Assembly (NCBI RefSeq): GCF_018350175.1
Contig: NC_058368.1
Location: 48,300,001-48,364,000 of the forward strand
DNA from: Felis catus
Lineage: Eukaryota
Length of the DNA stretch: 64,000 bases
Direction of reading: 5' to 3'
In this document: one piece after another, positions 12,841-24,398 of the stretch
Layout: each line of letters starts with the position of its first letter
How positions within the stretch are numbered: position 1 is the first letter of the stretch
Program-made: the position numbers and the translations under genes
The notes under the pieces: model-generated
Seen by the model: the letters and a program-made list of their open reading frames with translations, nothing else
Database searches by the model: none
Told to the model about the DNA's origin: nothing

Positions 12841-15800
12841 AAAATAAACCCAAAAGTAAAAGAAGGAAAATGCAGAGGGTGGTCATAAGATGCCTAAACA
12901 CAGTAAGTACAGCACCGGTACCCGCGTTCAGATCATTAATCTGATTCAGATTCAGATTCAGACCAGAACCTTATCAGGTTCAGCATGTTCTACATGGTAA
13001 CTCTCCAAGACAGGTTAGAGTAAGTCCTCCATAAATGAAAACAAGTACAACTTTCACAGCACTTTGTTATCCATCCAGATTATTACAGTTCCTTTTTACA
13101 GACGGCACTTGAATGCCTGCTCGCTGGGGTAGGTGGTTTTCACCACACCCGTGCCATCAGGACCCATCACCCTGGCTGTGCTGCTGCGGAAACTTGTACC
13201 AAGCTCACTTCAAGGCTTTCCTATCCTGTTTCACACCAGCAGATATTTGCAGACATGGCTGTCTCCCCCCCCACACTTAAAACTCCTTGCCGTCCGCATC
13301 TTCACAGCGTACCCATTACTGTGCACAGTGCTGCGCACTGCACAAGTACTCAGAAGCTGCCTATTTATTTATTAATACTTCTGGTCCTGCCTTCTCACTG
13401 GCTTTCTAACAAAGTAACATTTTAATAGACTCCGAAGAATGACCAGTTCACATTAATGAAAAGCTTTAAAAATATGAAGTCACTTGTTATCTTATTACTT
13501 CAAAGCACCTGAATTACAGTCACTAAACAGGTACCCAGGTAGTGCTGGCCAGACATGCATGAGAATGTGGCTTGAGTGGTGAGGCTGGCAGGTTATTAGC
13601 AAACCTGCCTGAGAGCGGGTGTCGTGACAACAGCACAGGTTCTAGAGAAACTGGTGTTTGAATCCCAGCTCCACTGCTCAGCCACTGCTGATAGTGGGTA
13701 AGTACTGTCACCTTTCAGGGTATTTAGAGATACAATTAGAATAGGGAATAGGAAAGGCCCTACTAGAGCTGAGCACAGTGCCTGGGATCTGGCAGGTCCT
13801 CAGGAAATGCCAGCTCTCTCCCATCTGTGGTCTCCATGTCTGTTCATAGCATTTCCCCCTCCTAACCACACATGCTGGTGGTCTTCAAAGCCTCCCTCTC
13901 CCTCCCCTCCTGTCCAATCAGATGCCAGGCCCTGTTGTTTCTACTGCCACAGTGTTTCCCACGTACCCTCCTTTCTGTGTGACACAGAGATGCCCCAGCG
14001 CTCTAGGGTCATGGAAGGTTCTACCTGCCTAGGGAAGGAGGGTAGTCAGATGGCTTAACAGACAAGGGGACACTGAGATAAGTGTTGAAAAATTAATAGC
14101 ATTTCTACCAAAGCAGGAAGAAAGGAGGCCCCTCAGGCAGGCCATTTCAGGTAGGAGGAAATGTGTGAATGAGCTCCACACACTGAGCACAGTTGAAGAG
14201 CTATTCCTTTGTTTGCCTGAGGAAAGGGGGAGATTGGGATTAGGGTCAAGCAAACGAGGTTTAACAGGAGTCAGAGGAGAAGGGCCTTATGTCCGAGTAC
14301 AAAGGTGTCCCCAAACTCCCTGGCCATCATAGACAGCTCCTATTGTGTTCTATTGTCCTTTTGCTTGGACCTTTATTATAGGGCTTTGCACACTTGACCT
14401 CTGTTATGACTATCCATGCAACTCTTATCTAGTACACTTAAGGGCAAGTTCATTGAAGATGGGGGCTTATGCCTCCTTCTGCCTTTTTCAAGATAAAAAT
14501 CTATAATGCCTTAGACGTGTAAAATGCTCAATAAACATGGGTCATGTTGAATCTGTTTTGTACATATGCTTCTTGACATAGTTACTAATGAAAAACTATG
14601 TTTTACTAAGTATTATATATATAGTCCTTATAGGATTATTTACATTATCATTTTATCAAAATGATGATAAAGAGGACTTATTAAGTAACAGCTTTCACTC
14701 AACTTTTTCTGAATCACAAAATTTTTAAATTAGGAGAGTCTGAAGTACAGAGATGACATTATTATAGCTGCTTATGATGACTGTATACTAAATGATGCAC
14801 ACTTTTTAGCCTTGAACCTATGATTACAATAACAACATATACCCACGTCAATATTCATACGTACACAATTTCAATTCAACAAATAATTCTTGAGCCCTTG
14901 AGATGTGTTAGTCACTGTATTTACCGGGGATATAAAAATAATGCCCCCTATGGTAATTATGCAACAATGGGCTATGTTTATGGTCAGAGACAAAAATGAA
15001 ACAGAAAACCTGAGACTCACAGAGTGAAGTGAATCTCTCAGTTAGGGGCCAAGGACAGATTCAGACTCTTGTCTCCTGACTTCAGTTTAGTTCTATTTCT
15101 ATTATAGTTTCCTATTTCTCAGCAAGTACCAATGTGCTCATACTTGTGAGCTGTTTGCCTGAGACTTACCAACAACTTGTTGGGAAAGGATTTGTGCCTG
15201 AAAAATGTTGGTTAGCTCTTCAGTGATTAATGATCTTGGCATCACTAAACCCTATGCTTTATCTAACAACAAATCTAGACAGCGGACCTGACACAGAGCT
15301 TTATACGAATGAGTTATTTAATTAATGAAGATAGATGTGAAAATCTAAGCAGCACCCCACTACCTGATCTGGCAACTACAAGACCTCTGAACAAAAGGCC
15401 ACTCAAGTGCACAGCTGTCACAAAACTCACGAATGTCTTTGTAGGAATATCATGAACCCATTTCGAAATCTCACGCAGTTAAACCCGATGTCAAATTAGA
15501 AGCAAGAAATGTAGGAATAGCAGTGAAAAGTGATGAGCCAAGTAAGAAAGGTGAAAAAGCATGGAATCTGCAAGCATTTAGCACAGATGTTGTGTCTGAA
15601 TGTGTGTGCATGCACACGTGTGTTCTCCAAATGCCCAATCATTATCTGATGTTAATTATAGAATGATATTAATTACAAAAGCATCATCCCTCAAGGGAAG
15701 AGGTAAATAATGTATCATTGCCTTCATCTGTGGAGGTAGGGAAGGACACATTTTATAGACTTAAATCGCAATTGGTTAATAATTTTAAAGCATCCATGTA

Positions 15801-16139
15801 AGTTAATTTCTTTGATGTGTAAAATTCAGACATGAGTTACTTCTGATAAAGCCAGATAGATAAGAAATGTGATTGCTTTACATTTACTGCTGATTAAAAT
15901 TCAGGCAGATAGTTTTCATATGAATTAAAATGAATATTGGACAACACGGCTAAATGAGGCTCACGGACTTACTGGAGAGTAGGATATCGAGTTGGAGTAT
16001 AAAGTATTCCCAGATTCATCTGAAACTGAGCATTTTTATATGCTAAAATTACTTTTTAAAAAGTCTGGCTTAAAAAGTATCTTTACATTTTCTTTCCTTT
16101 GTTCATAAGTAAATTGCAATATTCTGCAGAACAGTGATA

Positions 16140-16149
16140 ATGACGTCAT
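16140..16149. promoter_or_regulatory. Perfect CRE (CREB/ATF) palindrome, candidate
   Basis: ATGACGTCAT. Motif match only. Confidence 0.35.
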
Positions 16150-16220
16150 GTTCCACACACCACCAGAGGGTTCCAGGGGACCCTCAGACCCTTTTAGAGT
16201 AGACCCAACAGCTGGTTGTA

Positions 16221-16239
16221 GTGCACCATCTAGTGGCTG
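16221..16239 (-). promoter_or_regulatory. Candidate CTCF site
   Basis: The minus strand CAGCCACTAGATGGTGCAC fits the CCASYAGRKGGCRS core with one mismatch. Motif match only. Confidence 0.5.
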
Positions 16240-17189
16240 AAGGAATCACTGATGCCTGAATGTTTCTTGTACTGCATTTTCGAAAACACTATGATAGATA
16301 TATTTAGAAAATAAGAGAATTGTAAATAGCAATTCCAGATTTGTAAGACTATTTCCCTCTAAAACTTATATTTAGAGCATTTAATAAGTAATAAAATTCT
16401 TGACGTGAGGGAAAATCATAGCAACATGCTAGTTATGTATAACAAAGGCTTAGATGGCCATTAATTTCATTATACTGCACATTCATTTTAAATACACTGT
16501 CCACTGCTTCACGTAGAGGAGACACAATCTATACCAGTGAAGGGGAACAATGTACCTGCTGACAGGATTGCTGTATAGGATTGCTGAGATACAGTTTTTT
16601 CCTCCTTTTTACTGTGCCTTAAACAATTTACCACAGGCGAGTGTTAGTAAAGGCATTTAAAAATGTTCGGGCAAGTATTTATGTTATTATCTAAACTGCA
16701 CAGTCATGACAATATACTTACATCATTTTTAAATTTAAAAAGGCATTCTGCAGAATTTCTCTTTTTACTCTAAATTGCTATTATCTAGAAAATGTTCCTC
16801 TTTTCTACCAATTTGTTCCATTTACTGCGTGAGTCCTAAATAGATGACTGGTCATGTGCTAATAATGCACAAAAGATCAAGTGTTAAAGGTAAAATTAAT
16901 GTGACTTTATCAAAGAAAATTTCTCATGGTTACTTGCTCACCTCCTATAGCGTGCGTAGATCTTATAAGTCATGTTATAATCCCACACGCTACACTCATT
17001 GTGATTGGTCACACACAAATAACTTACTCAATGTGCCTGGAGCAAAGGTAAGGCTAAGATATTTGTTAAAAGCAAAGCAAGCCAACCTCAATCCCTATAC
17101 AGCTAGTGTTGATTTCATCTTGAACGCAAAGTTGAGAAATCTCGCATAGAATTATAAATCAGAAACAAGTATGGGCTCCCTCTGAACCA

Positions 17190-18733
17190 AGTGGCAGTAA
17201 ATCAACCAAATCCCATTCTTTCTTTTTAGAAGTACTATTATTTGCTAATTTAGGAGGCTATGTCTCGCAGAGTAAGAATCTCCTTGTGAAGTCGATGAAT
17301 GGATTTGGGATGCCTTGGTTTGGAGCAGGGATTTCACAAGGACATTCTGATGTAGCTGTGAGACCAAGAAAGATGGGTTGGAGGTAGGACGATTAGGTGG
17401 ATGTTTAGCTATTCATTAATGAATTAAGACCCACTTGGACGAAAGTCTCTGAGATCACATCTCAGGGCTTTGTCCTTGAACCTGTCCTACTTAATACCTG
17501 GCAGATATGGAGAAGCTGAAGGAGAGAACTAAAATACTAAATGCAAGGCGGGCAGGGAGAGAGTTCAATGTCATTTCAACTTATTGGGAGAATGGGCCCC
17601 AATATCAAATGGATATAGAATAATTATTTCCCAGACTTGAAAGGGCAGCTGCAGCCCTCAGAATACCAATTCTGGCCTGTATCTCCTACAAGAGATCAGC
17701 CAGCCTGCAGTGAAAAGTGTCCAGGGAGAGGAAACGCACTACTCCCAAGGGAGCCATCCCTTGAGGGACAGGTCTAACTACAAACACAACATTGAATGTT
17801 CAGGTTTAAAAAAATATTCTTAAATTTTTTATTTATTTTTGTGAGCAAGAGAGACAGAGTGTGAGCGGGGGAGGGGCAGAGAGGGAGGGAAACACAGAAT
17901 CCGAAGCAGGCTCCAGGCTCTGAGCTGTCAGCACAGAGTCCGATGTGGGGCTCAAACTCATGAACTGTGAGATCATGACCTGAACCAAAGTCGGATGCCT
18001 AACTGACTGAGCCCCTGAATGTTTAGGTTTTAAAAGAAACCAGTTATAGGTACAAGGGATGGGCAAGATGTAGTGTTCAGCACATTTTGATTTAGCTGAC
18101 TTTCTAAGAAAGAGAGTCAATTGCTAGAAGACAATACAATTGTTGCATTTTAAAACCTCTTTCCTCAATTTGTGGTGTGAAAATTTTAAAAGACACAGTG
18201 ACATGTTGGAATACAGCTAGAAAGACGTGGCTAAGATGACGGAGGACACCTGGTTTGGAGAAATGAAGACGCAAGTCGTTGATGATGGGGTTTCGAGGGG
18301 CACCAGGGCCAGGAAGCGGAAATGATAGCATGATAATTGGAGCTATTCCATTTAACCCGAAAGTACTGAGAGCCGAACAGTGTCATAACAGGCAATTCAA
18401 TACCGTATGAGGGGAGGACTTGGTCCTCAGAAATGTCACCCAACTTGTCTTGCAGAAGAATCAACCGTCTGCCACTGGGAAGTTACTAAAAATCACTGCT
18501 ACGGGAACAATACTTGACCAGGAGACACCATTATACAAAGGAGGTAACGACAGCTGCAACCACCTGGTCTTGTGACGATCCAATAAAAGAAAAGATGTGT
18601 GCGTGTGTAGAAAACTGCATCGGAATGACTTGTTCTTTGTAAGAGATGACACCCAAGGGATTCCCCTAGTTAGGGAACAAAGTAGATTCTGTGGCGTACA
18701 AGGTCCGTCTGGGCCCTAGGAGTCTATGATTTC
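17190..18733 (+). mobile_element. Ancient L3/CR1 LINE relic, interrupted by a Can-SINE
   Basis: 17463-17495 translates QGFVLEPVLLN, resembling the CR1 RT motif PQGSVLGPVLFN. The 3' end ggtccgtctgggccctaggagtctatgatttc resembles the CR1/L3 terminus. Boundaries approximate. Confidence 0.6.
17808..18015 (-). mobile_element. Can-SINE with a shortened 5' end
   Basis: Reverse SINE body. TSD tgaatgtt(c/t)aggttt at 17793-17807 and 18016-18030. Confidence 0.92.
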
Positions 18734-19454
18734 ATCTTATTAATAACCCAAGCTAATTAATTCTGCTTCAACATTCAAAGTTTATAATGCTTTGAACTAT
18801 ACATCATGTCTCCCCTACCTTCATAGTCTATGTCAAATCCCTTAATGCCATGAAGTTAGATCCTTTAATAGTACCTAATTAAACCATTTCCTCTTGTTCA
18901 CTGTTCATCATTCGGATAAACGGAATAGAGACGTCTGTGTACAAATGACGTTAATATGTATTTCAGTATGCTCAAGGAAAATAGAAATAACTTGAAATAT
19001 ATGGTGGTTTACTGTAGATAGATCCTTCTTTTTTTTTTTTTTAATAATAGAAATGCTCCCTTTAAAACTCAGTATTATGACCTGATCATACTTAACGACT
19101 ATGATTTATGTTCATTATCCACGGACAGGATGGAACATGGTATTTGATTTTCATGTTTTTATATTCATTCTTTGCCTAAATGGTAAAGAAACTGATTCAA
19201 AAATAATGTCTAAGAAATGAAATAAAAACCTCTCCTGGGGAAGCTCGGAATCAATGGAGAGGCAAGAATCTGGAATTAAGTACAAAAAGGAAAAGGATTG
19301 GGAACAGGGATGAAAGATGAGGAGAAGTATGCAAAATATGCTGAATTATTGGAAGTATTAAAAGTATATGTTATATGTTAGATGAGCAAAAGTAAGCTTC
19401 AGATTCTACAATGCTTTTTTGACCTCAGGCAAGCCTCCTATGCCATAACTTCAT

Positions 19455-19495
19455 CACACACACACACAGACACACAGACACACAGACACACACAC
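19455..19495. repeat. (CA)n/(CAGACACA)n microsatellite
   Basis: Direct inspection. Confidence 0.9.
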
Positions 19496-20670
19496 GATGC
19501 CCGGTCTCAGTGTTTGCAGAGTCATGGAGCAGATTCTGTAAAGTAGCTTTGGAAACCATCTAATAACATGAGTAAATAAATGGCAAAGAATGCTGGCTTA
19601 AACGATTTTGCTACCTCAGCTGGGAAACGGTTTTCATAGTGTGGTTATTTTAATATATTTGAGATGGCAATACTATTCACACAGCCCAATGGGAGTCTGT
19701 TACACTTGAAGTTTCCAGCTAGAGGCAGGTGCTGGTGTCTGATTCCTGTTGAGGAGAGTCACTGGACTCCCCTTACTCCACATGTAGCATGTTGCTACCA
19801 GGAATTGCCAGGAATGTGTGTGAATGGGTTTCCCTCTTCCACCTGCTTCTTTGAGCTTCACACATTCTAGTCACCACTTTTCCGAGAAATGGTAGTGTAA
19901 CTGTGGGGCCCTCCTTATACCTCCAGTCTCTTTCCAGAGCTTTCTGCCTTCCACTGGTGGCTCCCAACAGGATTCAGGAGCCAAGGAAGCCAGGGGATGC
20001 CAGCTAAGGGACACACACGGCAGAGGATGGAAGGGGTGGGTGGATCAATACATGGACGGGTGGAGAGGGCGACGGCTGGGGGATGGGTGGGTGTGTGGAT
20101 GAGTGGATGGTGACAAAGTCAGTAAATCACATGTGGTCTCAATTTCCTAAAATTCCTCTCTATCTACAATGCCAGTGAGATGAAATGGAATCATGTGGAA
20201 ATATTTTTTAAACTCTTTACAGTGCTATGTGTACGTCGATTTATTTTATTTTTTTGGTTTACTTATTGGGTTATCTGGGGGACGAGACCGGGGGGAGAAA
20301 AGCGTGATCTAAGCGGTGGTTAAAATGCTAACTTTAAGAAAACAGAACAATTTTGTTCAGCTTGTTCTTCAATGTGCTTTGTGGATATTTTAAAACCCGC
20401 TAAACTAGACAGTGATTAAGTGGCAACACTGATCATAGAAGAAGGCTAGATCCCTGTGTCATACCATCGTAAACCTCCTTAAGACACAGAAGACTTACTT
20501 CACTGGTTGCTAAAGTTCACTAAGACTTAAACCTTTTTCAGCTGAGAGAGGGGATCATTCCACTCAGAAAGGAAGCCAATTTGAGATGGCTGGGTAACAA
20601 GCAACACAGCATTCCAGCACGCTCACAACCCCGGAAGCAATCAGTGGCCCCCTCGGGATTTTCACTGACA

Positions 20671-20696
20671 CCCCCCCCCCCCCCCCCCCCCCCCCC
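20671..20696. repeat. C26 homopolymer (G26 in the KLF12 pre-mRNA)
   Basis: 26 consecutive C, starting at intron position +31 from the donor in transcript sense. Confidence 0.9.
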
Positions 20697-20726
20697 AGTG
20701 AGAAGAGAAGACCTGTAACACGGTAC

Positions 20727-20884
20727 CTGTATGTGTCCTTCGGTGAGCCTTCAGGTGAGAACTTTTTGTGTATACTTTGTTGCATCCTTCAAAGTCACAT
20801 CTGTGGATACGCCGTTTTCTGGAGTCTGGGGATTCAGACCGTCTCTGGCGTCTTGTGCTCTCAATACTAAATGGTGAAATTGAA
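20727..20884 (-). CDS. KLF12: KLF12 penultimate coding exon (158 nt): basic/NLS-like region and zinc finger 1
   Basis: Acceptor gtttttctttttccag (AG at 20885-20886) and donor ACAG|gtaccg (GT at 20725-20726). Encodes [52 protein letters not shown](G). Splicing to the last exon rebuilds the TGEKP linker. Confidence 0.97.
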
Positions 20885-22226
20885 CTGGAAAAAGAAAAAC
20901 CAGAGTTAAGTGGTGAGAAACACACAGCACTCTGGTTTGTTCTAGTGGCACGAGACCTCCGTCTCATGGTCTATAGCTTCATATAAACTCGAGGCCCCAG
21001 GTCCCCACTTCCCACTGTCACTCGCTTGGACATATTTTATTTCTTAATCTCGAAGACAGGCAGCTTGACCTACTTCTGACGAAACGCTCCTCTGGAGAGA
21101 AAGCTATGCTAAAACAACAAGACCAAAACAAAACCGGAGTAAAAGCAGTGCTAGGGATCCTTGTTATCAAAAGAAACAATCTGGAACTTCTGAATGACAC
21201 TCACGGACAATATTTTTGGAAGCCCTGCTATAGACAGACAAAATGAATGCATTTAATAAGGAACACAGGGTCTGAATTGCACGTGAAAACATATAAAATT
21301 GTGTAAAATCACAAGGTACATTTCAAAACAAGTGAGGTCAGGCTGAAAGAAATGACATCAGTACGTCAATAACATGACTCACGACGAGCTATTTCTGTTC
21401 ACTAACATGCACCTGACATTTAACTTTTCCAGTTGGTGGTTTTTCATGGTGAGGAATAAAGTACATTGTATTTAAAGATTAGCTGTACCACCATTATGAG
21501 AAAAAGTTTTAACTATGAAATTTGGCCCTGACTTGCACGTTGTTTAATCTTCATGCCACAGTCGAAAAACAGGATTAGTTTGTAACGTCAGGTAATTGAT
21601 TAACATGTACTTCTTCAAACCTTAATCTCTTTTGCTTGAGGTAGAAACGAAGAATATGACTAATCGTCTTGAGTTATCCATGGAGTTCTTTACTATTATT
21701 ATGAAATACAACACAAAAGCAATCATCCGTATTTCTACCACACAAAATTTACCACTGTTAATATTTTCTTCCAGCTTTTTCGTGTCTTGACGCTTTTTAA
21801 AATTCATTTTTATTAGTAAATCACCTCTTTTTAAAAAGCTGAATGACTCTGAGCAAGAGTTCTTTGAAGTGAAGTTGAAGCTTTACCTAAGAAGATCACA
21901 GATGAAGACTGACCCCGCCTTTGTCTTCCATCCGCTTCCTCTCTGCGCAAACTTCTGCTACCAGTTTTCTCGGAATTCTTCCAATTCTTCCAAATGATCC
22001 TTACCTATACATATCTACAGTCATAGAAATTCATAATGTTGCTTGGTTTTTTAAGAGCCGTGTAAATATCATGTTGTTCACATCATTTTGCAAAGTGCTC
22101 TACACTTGCCTTTTCTTCACTCAACATGAAGCATTTGAGATTATCCACGCTGATGCCAACATTGGAGTTTAAACTTGTAGTGTTACGTACCACCACGACT
22201 CTAGTCTAAGATATCTTCCTTTTATA

Positions 22227-22462
22227 TTTAAAAAAATTTAAAAAAAAATTTTTTTTTACATTCATTTATTTTTGAGAGACAGAGAGAGACAGAGCACAAG
22301 TGGGGGGAGGGGCAGAGATAGAAGGAGACACAGAATCCGAAGCAGGCTCCAGGCTCCGAGCTGTCAGTACAGAGCTCCATGCAGGGCTCAAGCTCACAAA
22401 CCGTGAGATCATGACCTGAGCCGAAGTCGGACGCTCAACTGACTGAGCCACCCAGGCACCCC
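22227..22462 (-). mobile_element. Can-SINE
   Basis: Reverse SINE ending gccacccaggcacccc. Imperfect TSD cttc(c/t)ttttata. Confidence 0.93.
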
Positions 22463-22593
22463 TTCTTTTTATAGTTTAATGTCTCTAAAATCAGTAGCTT
22501 CTTACAATTTGATAGCTTGTCATAGTTTAACTGGCATAATTTTTTTGTTAGCGGTACATAAGTAATGGTGCATTTTACAATATGTGGTATTTT

Positions 22594-22813
22594 TTTTATT
22601 TTTTTTTTCTACGTTTATTTATTTTTGGGACAGAGAGAGACAGAGCATGAACAGGGGAGGGGCAGAGAGAAAGAGGGAGACACAGAATTGGAAACAGGCT
22701 CCAGGCTCCGAGCCATCAGCCCAGAGCCCGACGCAAGGCTCGAACCCACGGACCGTGAGATCGTGACCTGGTTGAAGTCGGACGCTCAACCGACTGCGCC
22801 ACCCAGGCGCCCC
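22594..22813 (-). mobile_element. Young felid Can-SINE (SINEC_Fc-like)
   Basis: Diagnostic gactgcgccacccaggcgcccc. TSD aatatgtggtatttt at 22579-22593 and 22814-22828. Confidence 0.95.
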
Positions 22814-22838
22814 AATATGTGGTATTTTAAACTTATTT

Positions 22839-23052
22839 CAGGGGTTGGTAAGATTTTTCAGTAAATGGTTAGACGGTAAATATTTTGTTTTGATTTTGAG
22901 AGCCATACGGCATACATTTAACAAATCAACTCCGCACTTGTAGCATGAAAGTAGCTATAGACAATACATAAACAGGAGAGCACGGCTAATGTTCCAATAA
23001 AACTTTATTTACAAAACAGTGGGTTGCACTTGGATCCAGTGGTTGACACATG
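22839..23052. mobile_element. MER58A-like hAT-Charlie MITE
   Basis: caggggttggtaa...gtaaatatttt...ctatagacaatacataaac...tgttccaataaaactttatttacaaaaca. Confidence 0.8.
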
Positions 23053-23129
23053 TCTTAGATGAAATATGGTCCAGTGAATATTTATCCCAGTCTTAAAATC
23101 TATTTCCTAAGGGATGGACATTTAGATTA

Positions 23130-23146
23130 TTTTTTGAAGTTTATTT

Positions 23147-23189
<43 letters not shown>

Positions 23190-23350
23190 GGGGGAGGGGC
23201 AGAGAGAGAGGGAGAGAGAGAATCCTAAGCAGTCTCCCCACTGTCAACGCAGAGCCTGATGCAGGGCTCAAACTCATGAACCATGAGATCACGACCTGAG
23301 CTGAAATCAAGAATTGGTTGCTTAACCAACTGAGTCACCCAAGCGCCCCC
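23130..23350 (-). mobile_element. Can-SINE (older subfamily) with a (GA)n expansion
   Basis: gagagaatcctaagcag...gagctgaaatcaagaatt...cacccaagcgccccc. Confidence 0.92.
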
Positions 23351-24398
23351 AAATTGTTTCTAGTATTTCACTGTAACATTGCTCCCCAATGTTTCCTTCT
23401 ATGGTAATTGCCTTTTAAGTTTTCGATGTGTCTTCTCCCTTTGACAAATAACAGATTCAGCAGCCAAAGCTTTCTATTAGTAGCTAAGACCAAATATAAG
23501 TGGTGTTTATCTACTTGTGTCTTAAAAAGTTTTATGCAAGATCTTTATTAGTAGAAGAAAGAAAATATGGGGTGGCTTAGCCACTTTTTCCAGCTTTCCC
23601 ATGAATCAGTGTGGATTTGTGGTTTTCCACACAACCGACTCAGTTGTGGTGACTGGAGCCTATTGTGAAAAGAGTCAAAATAGTGTGACTGGCCTGTCCA
23701 TGAAAGAACAGCTTCGGTCACTCCTGCCAAGGTACGCTCTGGCATAAGGTGCGATTCTGATGAACAAAATGGTGTGTGTGATGACAGGGCAACAGTAATT
23801 CATTTCTTGGATATCAGGTCATGAAAATAAATATGGATCTTGGCACCGGGGACCTCAAAAACAGAAACTTCTGTGTTGTGATACATTTGACGTCTTTTAA
23901 ATCAAGAGAAAATGATATGGTATCTGTTTCCTTCAAATTATAACTTAAAGTTATACTTGCTACACACTCATAAGCACCAGGGTAAATGTACCTATGCATA
24001 ACCACACACATATATCGTTATGCCCGCAGTTTATTTTAGCTATTTATCTTGCGATGTATTCATGTATGCAGAGGGAAGTAAAAAAATAGATCTGAAATTA
24101 AAACCAGGTAACTACCAAGCATGTCTTTAAGGGACCAGTGGTGTCATGCTGCTCTCCAATCCTGTCAATCATGAACTATGTGGCAGGTGGGTAAGGAAAG
24201 CAGAGGCCACAGAATGGCATGATATTACACCAAGAGTCCCGAATTTACACCAAAATGAAGACATGTTAGGCGGACGGCCCTAATGCTAAAAACTTCACCC
24301 CCTGGTTTTTCCTCATTTAGGAAATGGCCTGTTGTAGTCCATTATGAAGAACCACCCCCTAAAGGTATCTATGCCATGAAAGTAAGAAATAATTTTCA

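Larger units (their letters stand above)
22190..23069. mobile_element. MER104-like (Tc2) DNA transposon relic, fragmented by later insertions
   Basis: Pieces tctaagat..., tttaatgtctctaaaatcag...tcttacaat..., ggtgcattttacaat and terminal tcttagatgaaatatgg resemble MER104 from memory. Confidence 0.5.

Noticed and set aside
20025..20110. G-rich stretch with GGGTGGG (CACCC-box) motifs as a KLF autoregulatory cluster
   Set aside because: It looks like a decayed (TGGA/TGGG)n simple repeat, so motif matches are expected from composition alone.
20885..20967. N-terminal part (MRRRSRATR...) of the 20662-20967 ORF as an independent one-finger gene
   Set aside because: It runs through the polypyrimidine tract and acceptor, and there is no promoter evidence. 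It is best explained as an open intronic flank.
22266..22864. Recurrent ORFs such as MAQSVERPTSAQVMISRF... (also at 10316, 17833, 42509, 52519, 54958)
   Set aside because: These are translations of Can-SINE consensus sequence, not a gene family.
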